Source: a virus. From it: a stretch of 62,626 bases of DNA. The position numbers and the translations under genes were made by a program. The stretch is taken from IMG/VR virus record IMGVR_UViG_3300045988_164134; one strand, 5' to 3'. The notes beneath the pieces were generated by a model. The model worked only from the letters and a program-made list of their open reading frames with translations, was not told the DNA's origin and made no database searches. This document shows positions 42,132 through 50,553 of this stretch, piece by piece (position 1 is the first letter of the stretch; each line of letters begins with the position of its first letter).

Positions 42132-42527
42132 ATGAACACAATCACAGTAATCGGCAACATTGGCAAGGACCCGGAAAGCCGGGTCACTGCCAAAGGGACG
42201 CCCGTCGTGACGTTTTCGGTAGCGGATAACAAGAAGCTGCCGGGGACGAGCGGCAAGAGCAAGGAAGACTGGACAAGTCAATGGTGGTACTGCACCGCAT
42301 TTAAGGAGCTGGCGGAAGCCATTGTCCAGGATGTCAAGCGCGGCGATCGCGTAGAAGTGACAGGCAAAATAGATATGCATGAATACACCGCTAAGGACGG
42401 TACACAGAAAGTAGCATATAACTTGCTTGTCAATCGCATTGCGAAGGTTGTACGGCCAATGAGGACCAATAACGGCGGTTTTAACAGCATGGGTAGCGAA
42501 GTCGCCGATGAAGAAATCCCATTCTAG
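42132..42527 (+). CDS. ssb: Single-stranded DNA-binding protein
   Basis: SD AAGGAG. Contains NTITVIGNIGKDPESRVTAKGTPVVTFSVA...WW.C.AF and the acidic tail DEEIPF. Confidence 0.9.
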   Translation: MNTITVIGNIGKDPESRVTAKGTPVVTFSVADNKKLPGTSGKSKEDWTSQWWYCTAFKELAEAIVQDVKRGDRVEVTGKIDMHEYTAKDGTQKVAYNLLVNRIAKVVRPMRTNNGGFNSMGSEVADEEIPF

Positions 42528-42542
42528 AGAGGAGCAATCAAA

Positions 42543-42827
42543 ATGAAAAACATCACAAAAAAACAGTTTATCGACACGGTAGCACAGCGTAGCGGCAAGA
42601 CAAAAGGCACTTGCGCCCGTATCGTGGACGAAATGTTGGGGACTATCGCAGACCTCGTAGCGCAGGACTGCAAGATTACCTTTGTCGGGTTCGGTTCATT
42701 TGAAAAGAAATACGTAGCGCCCCGCACAACACGCAACCCCCAGACCGGGGAAATGATGGAAACGACTGGCCATAACAGCATGAAATTCAAGGCCGGAAGT
42801 ATCTTGAAAGAACGGCTTAATCAGTAA
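42543..42827 (+). CDS. HU/IHF-family DNA-binding protein
   Basis: KKQFIDTVAQRSG.TKG....VDEMLGTIADLVAQDCKITFVGFGSFEKKYVAPRTTRNPQTGE. Confidence 0.9.
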   Translation: MKNITKKQFIDTVAQRSGKTKGTCARIVDEMLGTIADLVAQDCKITFVGFGSFEKKYVAPRTTRNPQTGEMMETTGHNSMKFKAGSILKERLNQ

Positions 42828-42840
42828 GCGGTGATGCAAT

Positions 42841-43035
42841 GTGACACGCTGCTATTACTGTCATAAGAAACTCACGGGCTACCGGCACTATGTGGTGACG
42901 GTAGACGGGAAACTCATGCCGGTATGTGCAGATGATCGGGAATGTCGGCCACGGGCGATAAAGTGCCACGGGCCGCGACCCGGCGTCGCACACCAGGCAA
43001 GGAACAAAGTGTTAGAAAGGAACAAGCATAAATGA
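42841..43035 (+). CDS. Small Cys-containing protein (GTG start)
   Basis: The only ORF filling the gap. No SD seen. Confidence 0.4.
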   Translation: MTRCYYCHKKLTGYRHYVVTVDGKLMPVCADDRECRPRAIKCHGPRPGVAHQARNKVLERNKHK

Positions 43036-43268
43036 TGGACATTAAAATCAAGAAAATCCTCGACAATTACAGCAAAGACGACGTGAAACTGCCGCTCATC
43101 ACGGAAGGAAACGCTTGCTATGACTTTTACGCGCCCGCGAAATTCGTCATCTATCCCGGCGAACACGGCGTCAAGATTCCGTCGGGGCTGGCGTTTGAAA
43201 TCCCGGAAGGCTACTGCATGATGCTCTTCATGCGCTCCAGCTACGGCGCAAAGCGGGAACTGCTTTAG
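43032..43268 (+). pseudogene. Truncated trimeric dUTPase (N-terminal ~78 aa only)
   Basis: LPLITEGNACYDFYAP...IYPGEHGVKIPSGLAFEIPEGYCMMLFMRSSYGAK covers dUTPase motifs 1-2. The GxIDxDYRGE motif and later motifs are absent. The stop coincides with a GC-to-AT composition break. Confidence 0.6.
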
Positions 43269-43383
43269 GAAATATAAAGAAGCGCAAGCGAATGCAGGCA
43301 TAATGATGAAACGGCTGATAAGAGCCAGGAATCTATTGAGGAAGTTGCGTGATGAATAACAGGATCTCTTGGGAGGAAATAAA

Positions 43384-43974
43384 ATGAAAAAAGAAGATAT
43401 TTTAGTTGGTAATGATGTTTACTTTATCGCTGGCGACGGTAAATTATATCCATGTCGTGTAATTGCGTATGATTCAGAAGACACAGATATACCTTTTCTA
43501 GTGTCTTTCGGCAGCAACTTGGACAGTGCCCCAGACGATGTTGGGTGGAGAATATCGAAAAGCGACATAAGCGAAGAAGATGGTGTGGGAGAAGATGTCG
43601 TACATAAGCATCATGGCGAGTTAGCGAAATGGGCTAGATTAGATGAGTTACTATGGCCACGGCTCGTCAAACTGGAAGATTGCAGTATGAAAACTAAGGA
43701 TGCATATCCGGAAACGTACTGGTTGGAAGAAAATGCACATGATGCCGTCAATCATCCGTCACACTACTGCCGAGACGGTATAGAATGCATTGATGTAATT
43801 AAGGCTACAACTAAAGGCCTGAGTGCATTTGATGCCTTCTGTCAGGGCAATGCAATGAAATATTTATTCAGATGGCAGTTTAAAAACGGTGCGGAAGATT
43901 TAAAAAAAGCACGGTGGTATATAGATAAATTATTAGAACAATGGGACGGGCAAGTAAACAACAAAGGAGATTAG
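43384..43974 (+). CDS. DUF3310-domain protein
   Basis: SD GGGAGGAA. The C-terminal part VNHPSHYCRDGIECIDVIKA...FCQGNAMKYLFRWQFKNGAEDLKKARWYIDKL matches the family. Confidence 0.7.
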   Translation: MKKEDILVGNDVYFIAGDGKLYPCRVIAYDSEDTDIPFLVSFGSNLDSAPDDVGWRISKSDISEEDGVGEDVVHKHHGELAKWARLDELLWPRLVKLEDCSMKTKDAYPETYWLEENAHDAVNHPSHYCRDGIECIDVIKATTKGLSAFDAFCQGNAMKYLFRWQFKNGAEDLKKARWYIDKLLEQWDGQVNNKGD

Positions 43975-43976
43975 AC

Positions 43977-45290
43977 ATGTGTTTCAAGTATACACTAGGC
44001 AGTTTATTCGATGGATTAGGCGGTTGGCAAATAGCTGCAATGCGAGCAGGAATACAGCCGATATGGTCAAGCGAAATAGAAAAATTTACGTGTGCTTTAA
44101 CTAAAGTTAGATTTCCAGATACGGAACAACTCGGAGATATTACTAAAATCGACGGCGGAACAATTCCGCCAGTCGATATAGTAACAATGGGAAGCCCGTG
44201 CCAAGATTTAAGTATAGCAGGAAGGAGAGAGGGACTTGCAGGAAAAAGAAGTGGGTTGTTTTTACGAGCAACAGAATTTATTCGACAAATGCGAGAAAGA
44301 TACCACGAATGGTATCCCAAAATCGTTATTTGGGAAAACGTACTGGGGGCATTTTCAACCAATCGAGGGGCTGATTTTCAAGCCGTGCTCGAATCGTTCA
44401 CAGAAACCCATATTCCAATGCCTAGAGGTGGGCGATGGGCAAACGCAGGAATGGTTAGAAGCAACAAGTGTAACATCGTGTGGAGAACATTGGACGCCCA
44501 GTATTGGGGAGTCCCCCAGCGTCGTCGTAGAATCTTCCTTGTTGTCGATTATACAAGAGGATGCACCGAAGAAATATTATTTAAGCCCGAAAGCTTGTCT
44601 TGGGATATTGAACAGAGCAAAGAGCAAAGGGAAAGAATTGCCGATAGAACTTGTAAAGGGTTTGGAGGTTCAGTCGCGTATTGTATAAGAAATTCAATTA
44701 TAAACCGAAAACAAGAAAATGGTGGTAATGGATTGGGCATTAGTAAAGAAATTTCTTATACACTTGATACAACCGGAGCGTATGCTGTAGCTGTAATTGC
44801 CGACAAAGATGATAATCAGAGAGTGTTTGATATGTCATATAGAGCTAACGTTATTAGGGAACAAAAAGGTGATGAATGTTTTGAAAAAGCAGTGCCATTT
44901 GACATGACGCATGCAAACGACGTTATCAGAGAAAACCGTGGCAGCATTCATACGCTGCAGGCACGCATGGGAACCGGCGGGAATCAGATACCACTTATCT
45001 ATGCAAGACCTTCATATGCAGATTTAAAGCAAGATGAAACTGCCGTTACATTAAGAGCAAGCGGCGGTTCCAATGGCGGTGGAAGCGAAAATCTTGTCGC
45101 TGATAAATTGTTAAGGAAATTAACTCCGCTGGAATGTGAGCGCCTACAGGGGCTTCCGGATAATTGGACGTTAATAGATGACAAGTCGTGCAGCGACAGC
45201 GCCAGATACAAAGCAATCGGAAATGGCATGGCTCAACCGTGCGCGGATTTTGTAATGAAAAGAGTGTGCGAATTTTTACAGAATAGCTAG
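43977..45290 (+). CDS. DNA (cytosine-5) methyltransferase
   Basis: SLFDGLGGW, GSPCQDLSIAG, WENV, QRRRRIFLV, ECERLQGLPDNWT and IGNGMA. Confidence 0.9.
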   Translation: MCFKYTLGSLFDGLGGWQIAAMRAGIQPIWSSEIEKFTCALTKVRFPDTEQLGDITKIDGGTIPPVDIVTMGSPCQDLSIAGRREGLAGKRSGLFLRATEFIRQMRERYHEWYPKIVIWENVLGAFSTNRGADFQAVLESFTETHIPMPRGGRWANAGMVRSNKCNIVWRTLDAQYWGVPQRRRRIFLVVDYTRGCTEEILFKPESLSWDIEQSKEQRERIADRTCKGFGGSVAYCIRNSIINRKQENGGNGLGISKEISYTLDTTGAYAVAVIADKDDNQRVFDMSYRANVIREQKGDECFEKAVPFDMTHANDVIRENRGSIHTLQARMGTGGNQIPLIYARPSYADLKQDETAVTLRASGGSNGGGSENLVADKLLRKLTPLECERLQGLPDNWTLIDDKSCSDSARYKAIGNGMAQPCADFVMKRVCEFLQNS

Positions 45291-45304
45291 AAAGAGGTGA
45301 GCAA

Positions 45305-45727
45305 ATGGTTTATAAATTTATCATACATGGACGACCGATGACTAAGAAAAACAGCATGACCAAGACCCGCTATGGACTCATCCAGTCCAAGCAGTACCGT
45401 GATTATGAAAAAATGGCCCTGTGCCAGCTGATGATCCAGAAGCCGAGAAACTTCCGTACGATTGCTTGCGCGGTCCGGATGAATGTCGAATACTATATGC
45501 CGGACCGCAGGGGCTGGCCTGATTTGTTCGGGCTGGTCCAGGCGACGGCCGACATTTTAGAGAAAGCCGGCATCGTAGAAGACGACGGCTATATCGCCGA
45601 TGTGGCCTACAGCTGCATCGCAGGCGTCGATCCGGTATGGCCACGCGCTGAAATCAAGGTCATCCCCATTCCGGACGACAAGCTCAACGAACTGCATCCC
45701 AAGCTCAGAAAGAGGTGTATCGAATGA
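45305..45727 (+). CDS. rusA: RusA-family Holliday junction resolvase
   Basis: FIIHGRPMTKKN... PDRRGWPDLFGLVQATADILEKAGIVEDDGYI. Confidence 0.8.
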   Translation: MVYKFIIHGRPMTKKNSMTKTRYGLIQSKQYRDYEKMALCQLMIQKPRNFRTIACAVRMNVEYYMPDRRGWPDLFGLVQATADILEKAGIVEDDGYIADVAYSCIAGVDPVWPRAEIKVIPIPDDKLNELHPKLRKRCIE

Positions 45728-45822
45728 CTCATTTTCTAAGCTGCCTATGCGGCAGTTAACTACAGGAAACGCAGCGGGGCGACGGCGGTTTTGGAAGCAT
45801 TGGGAAATTTTAAGGAGAATAA

Positions 45823-46284
45823 ATGAAGATAATAAAAGACACAGTGATTCTATTGCTTTTAATCATGTTTTTAATCATGTATTGTATGTGCGTAACGATA
45901 CTGCATATTAAATATATAAATGGGGCATGCGTTTTGGACACAATTATGTGGCTGATGATGGTGGTTACTATTTTACTTTGTATTTTACATCATAAAGTAA
46001 AATGGTTTGCAATTCAAGTTGGCAAGAAGATATTTTTTTACAATTTAAAAAAAAGGAGTGGCAGCAACATGAGAGATAACAGCATAAATTGGTATGCGCC
46101 CAGTAAAATAAAAGTTAGCCGCTTATCGCAAGAAGAAATTGACGCATATAAAGAGCGGAAAGCAAAACGGCAGAAAGAAAAGTTAAAGGAAGAGCTGGCT
46201 AAACAAAAGATTATGAAGCTTGATTTGTATGATTATGAAAATAAGCGTGCTAAAAAGACTATGAAAAGGATAAAAAGGTGGTAG
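45823..46284 (+). CDS. Membrane N-domain + Lys/Glu-rich C-domain protein (internal in-frame start possible at 46069)
   Basis: SD AAGGAG precedes 45823. A second AAGGAG lies 9 nt before the in-frame ATG 46069. Confidence 0.5.
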   Translation: MKIIKDTVILLLLIMFLIMYCMCVTILHIKYINGACVLDTIMWLMMVVTILLCILHHKVKWFAIQVGKKIFFYNLKKRSGSNMRDNSINWYAPSKIKVSRLSQEEIDAYKERKAKRQKEKLKEELAKQKIMKLDLYDYENKRAKKTMKRIKRW

Positions 46285-46287
46285 ATT

Positions 46288-46746
46288 ATGGAAATAAAAG
46301 GGCAACGTACTAAAAATGACAGAAAACGGCGAAAGCTGGAACTGATGTTTTATCGCGAAAAACAAATCATGCGAGCAGTAAAAGAAGCTAGAGAAGATAC
46401 CGGCGGTGGACATACAGGCGGCAACGGGGCACATGCTTTGGTATCAGACCCGACAGCGATACAGGGCATTAAAGCGGCTAGTGAGCTAAAAATGGTCGTA
46501 CTGGACGATGGAATAGCCGTGGAAAAGCCGGAAAGATGGCTGCGTGTGATACATAACACGTATAAATTAAGCGATGGAATCACGAAGATGATATTGATTA
46601 AACGGTTTCGTGAATCCAAGCCAATGTCTGTAATAGCAGATGAAGTCGGGATAAGCGAACGGCGGGCTTATGACATAAAAGACGATGTATTCAATGGATT
46701 TATCGAAACAGCAGCGGCGCAAGAAGGGTTGCTAAGAGTATATTAA
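46288..46746 (+). CDS. RinA/ArpU-like late-gene transcriptional activator
   Basis: GGGHTGGNGAHALVSDPTA...EKPERWLRVIHNTY...MSVIADEVGISERRAYDIKDDV (C-terminal HTH). Located just upstream of the packaging region. Confidence 0.6.
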   Translation: MEIKGQRTKNDRKRRKLELMFYREKQIMRAVKEAREDTGGGHTGGNGAHALVSDPTAIQGIKAASELKMVVLDDGIAVEKPERWLRVIHNTYKLSDGITKMILIKRFRESKPMSVIADEVGISERRAYDIKDDVFNGFIETAAAQEGLLRVY

Positions 46747-46750
46747 ACAG

Positions 46751-46793
46751 AAAAAAGCACGAGCAGGAATTTCATCCTACCCGTGCTTTTTTT
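46751..46793. terminator. Bidirectional terminator
   Basis: A6-GCACG...CGTGC-T9 with an inner AGGA/TCCT stem. Confidence 0.7.
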
Positions 46794-46846
46794 ATGATTT
46801 ATATGCTAGAAACCACATGAGCTTTCGCCTAATATATCATTAAACT

Positions 46847-46990
46847 CTATTTTTTTCTTCTTCCTGCTGCCCGTGCGGCAATTCTATCTAATTCGGCCAC
46901 AATCAGCCGTTCTGCCCATTCTGGGCATTCTCTTTGTCCGCCTTCCCAATTTTCTATAGTACGTACTGGGATGCCCATTGCTCTATGCAT
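46847..46990 (-). pseudogene. N-terminally truncated HTH gene relic (47 aa, not in ORF track)
   Basis: MHRAMGIPVRTIENWEGGQRECPEWAERLIVAELDRIAARAAGRRKK. The frame is closed 12 codons upstream, and the relic lies outside the flanking terminators. Confidence 0.4.
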
Positions 46991-47211
46991 ATCCGGTCGT
47001 GACAAACCGTAGCCGGGGCCATGGCTGTTAGCTGTTTAATAAAATAATATCATATTATGTAACAAGACCCTGGTCACGTGCGTGGCCGGGGCTATTTTTT
47101 TTTGTTGCAAATTTTGCAAGATGTGCTATACCATAAGCAAGTCTTGGCCGGTAAATTACCGGACCATGTGGATTGAAATTGTAATGTTGATTAGTAAGAT
47201 ACTGATCAAGC

Positions 47212-47251
47212 AAAAAAGGCTTGTTTACCACATTGGTAAACAAGCCTTTTT
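47212..47251. terminator. Bidirectional terminator closing the reverse cassette
   Basis: GGCTTGTTTACC-ACATT-GGTAAACAAGCC (12 bp), with A6 upstream and T5 downstream. Confidence 0.75.
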
Positions 47252-47262
47252 GCTATGGAAAT

Positions 47263-47667
47263 TTATTTAAGCCATTCTGCGACGCCTAATTTGGCTGTCC
47301 GCTGGGGCCGTTCGTCGCGGTGGTCAATCCACCACGAGGCACTGGCATGGCCGCCGTACCAGGCCAGGCATTTATCTGCCTGTTCGCCGGGATGACGGGC
47401 CAGCCATTCACGAGCGGCCGCCATCTTTTCCTTGCGGATACTTTCAGCCCACCGGATTTGCTTTTCGCTACCAGTAAGGGCCGGAAGTCCGTCCGCTTTA
47501 GCCTGTTTAGCTGCGGTTGCGGCTTCTTCCTGCCGGGCCTTTTTGTAGCAGTCGGGGCAGACTGCATAATTTTCGTACCAGGCAATCTTTTTTTCTTTTT
47601 CGGCTGCCGTGCCGTAGATCTGGACGGCACCAACATGGCCACACGAATACGTTACTTCATACTTCAT
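47263..47667 (-). CDS. Zinc-ribbon protein with GSEKQIRWAESIR motif
   Basis: SD AGGAGGG lies 6 nt before ATG 47667. Contains YSCGH...CPDCYKK...LTGSEKQIRWAESIRKEK. Confidence 0.6.
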   Translation of the reverse strand: MKYEVTYSCGHVGAVQIYGTAAEKEKKIAWYENYAVCPDCYKKARQEEAATAAKQAKADGLPALTGSEKQIRWAESIRKEKMAAAREWLARHPGEQADKCLAWYGGHASASWWIDHRDERPQRTAKLGVAEWLK

Positions 47668-47719
47668 AATAATCCCTCCTGTTGTCATTATACCATGCTA
47701 CCATGGAAAACTATCTTCC

Positions 47720-48010
47720 TTAAAAAACGACTGTTACTGTACGGCCAGTGTAGCCGCGCAGCTCCCAAAACGCCTTTTCCAGGCTGTCAAGCATCACATG
47801 GCAAATAGGGGTATCCCCTTCTACCCATGTGACCCGCCACGGATACGGGCTGTCATTCGTGGCGGGGCTGAGGCAGACGTCGTCAAAGTAGAGAGCCTGG
47901 AGCGGTTGAGCAAGGATGTTTCTCCAAGCGTCATCCACTGCCTTCCGTTGCGCCTTATATGCGGCGAGGTCTTTCAAATTGGCCTTCATGGCCGGGATTG
48001 TGTAAGTCAT
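47720..48010 (-). CDS. Hypothetical protein
   Basis: SD AAAGGA lies 8 nt before ATG 48010. Upstream starts are possible up to 48049. Confidence 0.55.
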   Translation of the reverse strand: MTYTIPAMKANLKDLAAYKAQRKAVDDAWRNILAQPLQALYFDDVCLSPATNDSPYPWRVTWVEGDTPICHVMLDSLEKAFWELRGYTGRTVTVVF

Positions 48011-48049
48011 GGTATCCATCCTTTCTAGGGGCCTTTCGACCCCCAACAA

Positions 48050-48475
48050 TCAAGCTAATACACGTTCCAGCGCATGTGTTAGTGTTGATAACGTTTCACG
48101 GTCCAACATGGTTGAAATGGTCTTACCGCCGCGACATAAGTTGTACCATACTTTCGGGTTATCTTCCCCGATTTCCAGGCAATAGGTAACGTAAAATTCG
48201 TTGCCGCCGACAGCTTTGTTGAGCAAGTACGGCATAATTTCTCCGAACCGGAATGTCATGTTTGCCAGTGCTGCCTTCATGCGGCTTGCCAGTTCTTTTT
48301 TATCCGTTGCCGTGATGATCGGGCGGCTGATAGTGCCTACTTTCTGATAAACGGCGATTGTATGCGTTTCCCAGCCGACAGTCAACGGTTCCGGCAACGC
48401 CGCGATGTAATAGCGATACCCCGTAACATTTTTGATTAAATTGAGTTCGTTCATTTCTTCCATTGTAAGTTTCAT
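48050..48475 (-). CDS. Hypothetical protein
   Basis: 141-aa ORF in cassette orientation. No motif recognised. Confidence 0.6.
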   Translation of the reverse strand: MKLTMEEMNELNLIKNVTGYRYYIAALPEPLTVGWETHTIAVYQKVGTISRPIITATDKKELASRMKAALANMTFRFGEIMPYLLNKAVGGNEFYVTYCLEIGEDNPKVWYNLCRGGKTISTMLDRETLSTLTHALERVLA

Positions 48476-48535
48476 GATTCATACTCCCTTCCATGTATCC
48501 GGGAGCCTTGCGGCCCCCGTACAACTACTATCTAG

Positions 48536-48982
48536 CTATCTAGCAATTTTCCAGATTAATGCGCTACGGCGTTTGATTAATTCGTCGCGCTGGGCTTTGA
48601 CTGCATAATACCGCGGTTTTTCACTTTCGCCATCGTCTTCTACTTTGAAAGTTTTAACTATTTCATGCATCTTTGTGCCAAGGGCGTCAATTTCGGCGTC
48701 AAGGTAGCTGATTTGGTACCTGATGGAATCATGTTCCGCCAAATCTGTGACGTAGTTAATTACCATTTGTGCTTCCACGGAGTCCAATCCCTGGATGCGA
48801 AGCAGTTCGCTTAGAACTGCTACATTAGCTCTGTAATTAATGTAACAGTTTTCAGAATCGGACGAACCAGGTTCAGCTAACCGCCATTCGCGGTAGTTGT
48901 ACTTTAACGATTCCATTTCATTTGAGATTCTTTCTTGTAATTCCTTTGCGTTGATGATGTACGCGTTCTTTAACATTGTCAT
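48536..48982 (-). CDS. Hypothetical helical protein
   Basis: SD AAAGGAGA lies 7 nt before ATG 48982. Confidence 0.6.
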   Translation of the reverse strand: MTMLKNAYIINAKELQERISNEMESLKYNYREWRLAEPGSSDSENCYINYRANVAVLSELLRIQGLDSVEAQMVINYVTDLAEHDSIRYQISYLDAEIDALGTKMHEIVKTFKVEDDGESEKPRYYAVKAQRDELIKRRSALIWKIAR

Positions 48983-49025
48983 GATGTTTTCTCCTTTCTA
49001 TAACTGCATTTCCTTTGTTGTCTAC

Positions 49026-49121
49026 ATAATATCACGAGTTTAAGCACTTGTCAACAGTAAAAATAGAGTTATTTAAAAAGTTTAAAAAGTTATTGACTTT
49101 TTAAAGGTAGTTATATATACT
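49026..49121. promoter_or_regulatory. Divergent promoter pair
   Basis: Leftward promoter: TTGACA (reverse complement of 49049-54), 17 nt, TATTAT (reverse complement of 49026-31). Rightward promoter: TTGACT (49093-98), 17 nt, TATACT (49116-21). A tandem TTTAAAAAG x2 lies between them. Confidence 0.55.
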
Positions 49122-49147
49122 ATAGATAACAGAAAGGAGTGCATAGA

Positions 49148-49345
49148 ATGACAAAAGAAGAATTTAAGATAATGTGGAAAAAGTGGCTTGTCGAGATTGG
49201 CAAGTCGGAAACGGAGCTTTGTAAAGAACAGGGTCTCAAACAGCAGACTTTCAATGCAAAGACTAGGAACGCAACTATCAAATATATCGAATTAGACGAT
49301 ATTGTTAGCCGATATGGTTACACAATAGAAATCAGAAAGAGGTAG
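49148..49345 (+). CDS. Small HTH-like protein
   Basis: SD AAAGGAG precedes ATG 49148. Confidence 0.55.
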   Translation: MTKEEFKIMWKKWLVEIGKSETELCKEQGLKQQTFNAKTRNATIKYIELDDIVSRYGYTIEIRKR

Positions 49346-49357
49346 GAGGGAAGTATC

Positions 49358-49825
49358 ATGAAGCTGTATCACGGGAGTTATGACAAATTATCTGATATGA
49401 CAGTCCGGGCCGGTAGCATGTTCAACGGCATGTTCTTTTCAGATGAAAAAGAACATGCGTTCGGGCCGGGAGCTGAACCACGCTATTATTACAGCGTAGA
49501 TATTAACGACGATGAAATTGCAGACGTTAACGAACTTGCGTACGAAGATTCTTCCGTGGGAGCAGCTCGTGATCTATGGGGCGATGATGCCGATACGATG
49601 ATTGATATTGTATGCGACGAAGTAGCACCGTGGGAAGCGGACGAAGAACAGAGTGAAGTTATAAATCGCCTGTTTCCGGGATTAGAAGGATGGGAAATGT
49701 CGTATGAACTCCAGCGACAGGCAAGCCTGCTGGCTGAAAAAATGGGATATAAAGCAGTATCCCTACATGACGAACACGGAACGTCTTATATCGTCTGCCC
49801 TGGCGCTATAATGAAAGAAGAATAA
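49358..49825 (+). CDS. Stand-alone ART-like protein paralogous to the ART module of the polyvalent protein
   Basis: KLYHGSYDKLSD..GSMFNGMFFSD ... YYYSVDI ... GYKAVSLHDEHGTSYIVCPGAI parallels AWHGSGIDFDNFD..GWGIYAAK ... LYEIDVP ... GIHGITYDDAYDGRCYVVFDDKAI. Confidence 0.5.
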   Translation: MKLYHGSYDKLSDMTVRAGSMFNGMFFSDEKEHAFGPGAEPRYYYSVDINDDEIADVNELAYEDSSVGAARDLWGDDADTMIDIVCDEVAPWEADEEQSEVINRLFPGLEGWEMSYELQRQASLLAEKMGYKAVSLHDEHGTSYIVCPGAIMKEE

Positions 49826-49827
49826 TC

Positions 49828-50553
49828 ATGAGTAAAGTAAGAAAAAATATCGTTGGAAAGCGCTACGGAAGACTTATAGTGACGAAAGAGCTGGGGCACG
49901 GCTACGTCATGTGTCACTGCGATTGTGGCAAGGATAAAAAGATCAGAAAGTGGTTGCTCATGCAAGGTGGCATCCATTCTTGTGGATGTTTACGCAAAGA
50001 AGCAGCACCAAAACGGTCAGATGTTCGCTTGCTGTCGAAAAACGGCACGAATCTGAGCATACTTGCTAGCAAGAAAACAAGAAGTAGCAACACGTCTGGC
50101 GTACGCGGCGTGCATTGGGATAAGTCTCGATGTAAGTGGATCGGGGGCGTAAAAATAAAGGGCGTTGATAAAAAGAAGCGCTTTGAAAAATTTGAAGATG
50201 CAGTTGAATACAGAAAAATGCTTGAAGAACTGTACGTCGAACCACTTATTGAAAAGTATCAGCTCAAGAAACAGTCAACCATACCGGACAAAGAGTTGAG
50301 AGATGCACGTGAGAAAGCATGTGTGACCCGTCAGACGGTGCATGATCGTACGGGACTGTCGATTGTATCACTACAACGGTGGGAGAACGGATGGCAACAT
50401 CCAACAGTAGAAGCACGCAATCTCTTGTTGTTCTGGTATCGGTCCGGGTGCCCGGTTCTGCCAGCAATAGGAGTAGCAGACGATAAGCCAGATGGCGATT
50501 ACTTGATACGTCTCGAACAATTTAAAGAGGAGAATGAAAATGCTGGACAGTAG
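49828..50553 (+). CDS. AP2-domain DNA-binding protein with C-terminal XRE-like HTH
   Basis: VGKRYGRLIV...CDCG...SCGC, then NTSGVRGVHWDKSRCKWIGGVKIKGVDKKKRFEKFEDAVEYR. Confidence 0.75.
   Translation: MSKVRKNIVGKRYGRLIVTKELGHGYVMCHCDCGKDKKIRKWLLMQGGIHSCGCLRKEAAPKRSDVRLLSKNGTNLSILASKKTRSSNTSGVRGVHWDKSRCKWIGGVKIKGVDKKKRFEKFEDAVEYRKMLEELYVEPLIEKYQLKKQSTIPDKELRDAREKACVTRQTVHDRTGLSIVSLQRWENGWQHPTVEARNLLLFWYRSGCPVLPAIGVADDKPDGDYLIRLEQFKEENENAGQ

Noticed and set aside
40732-42141. 469-aa ORF on the minus strand, the longest unannotated ORF in the track. Two further minus ORFs lie at 41363-41686 and 41382-41888.
   Set aside because: Its 3' two-thirds is antisense to a well-formed + strand gene (40723-41385) that has an SD. 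Its 5' third lies in the C-poor repeat tract, where all minus frames are open by composition. The translation is Leu/Pro/His/Cys/Thr-rich with almost no Asp, Glu, Lys or Gly, and no SD is present.
47012-47092. 8-bp direct repeat GCCGGGGC flanking a 65-bp AT-rich spacer, considered as a possible insertion scar or target-site duplication.
   Set aside because: It is too short to distinguish from chance in GC-rich flanks, and no recombinase or inverted repeats are associated.
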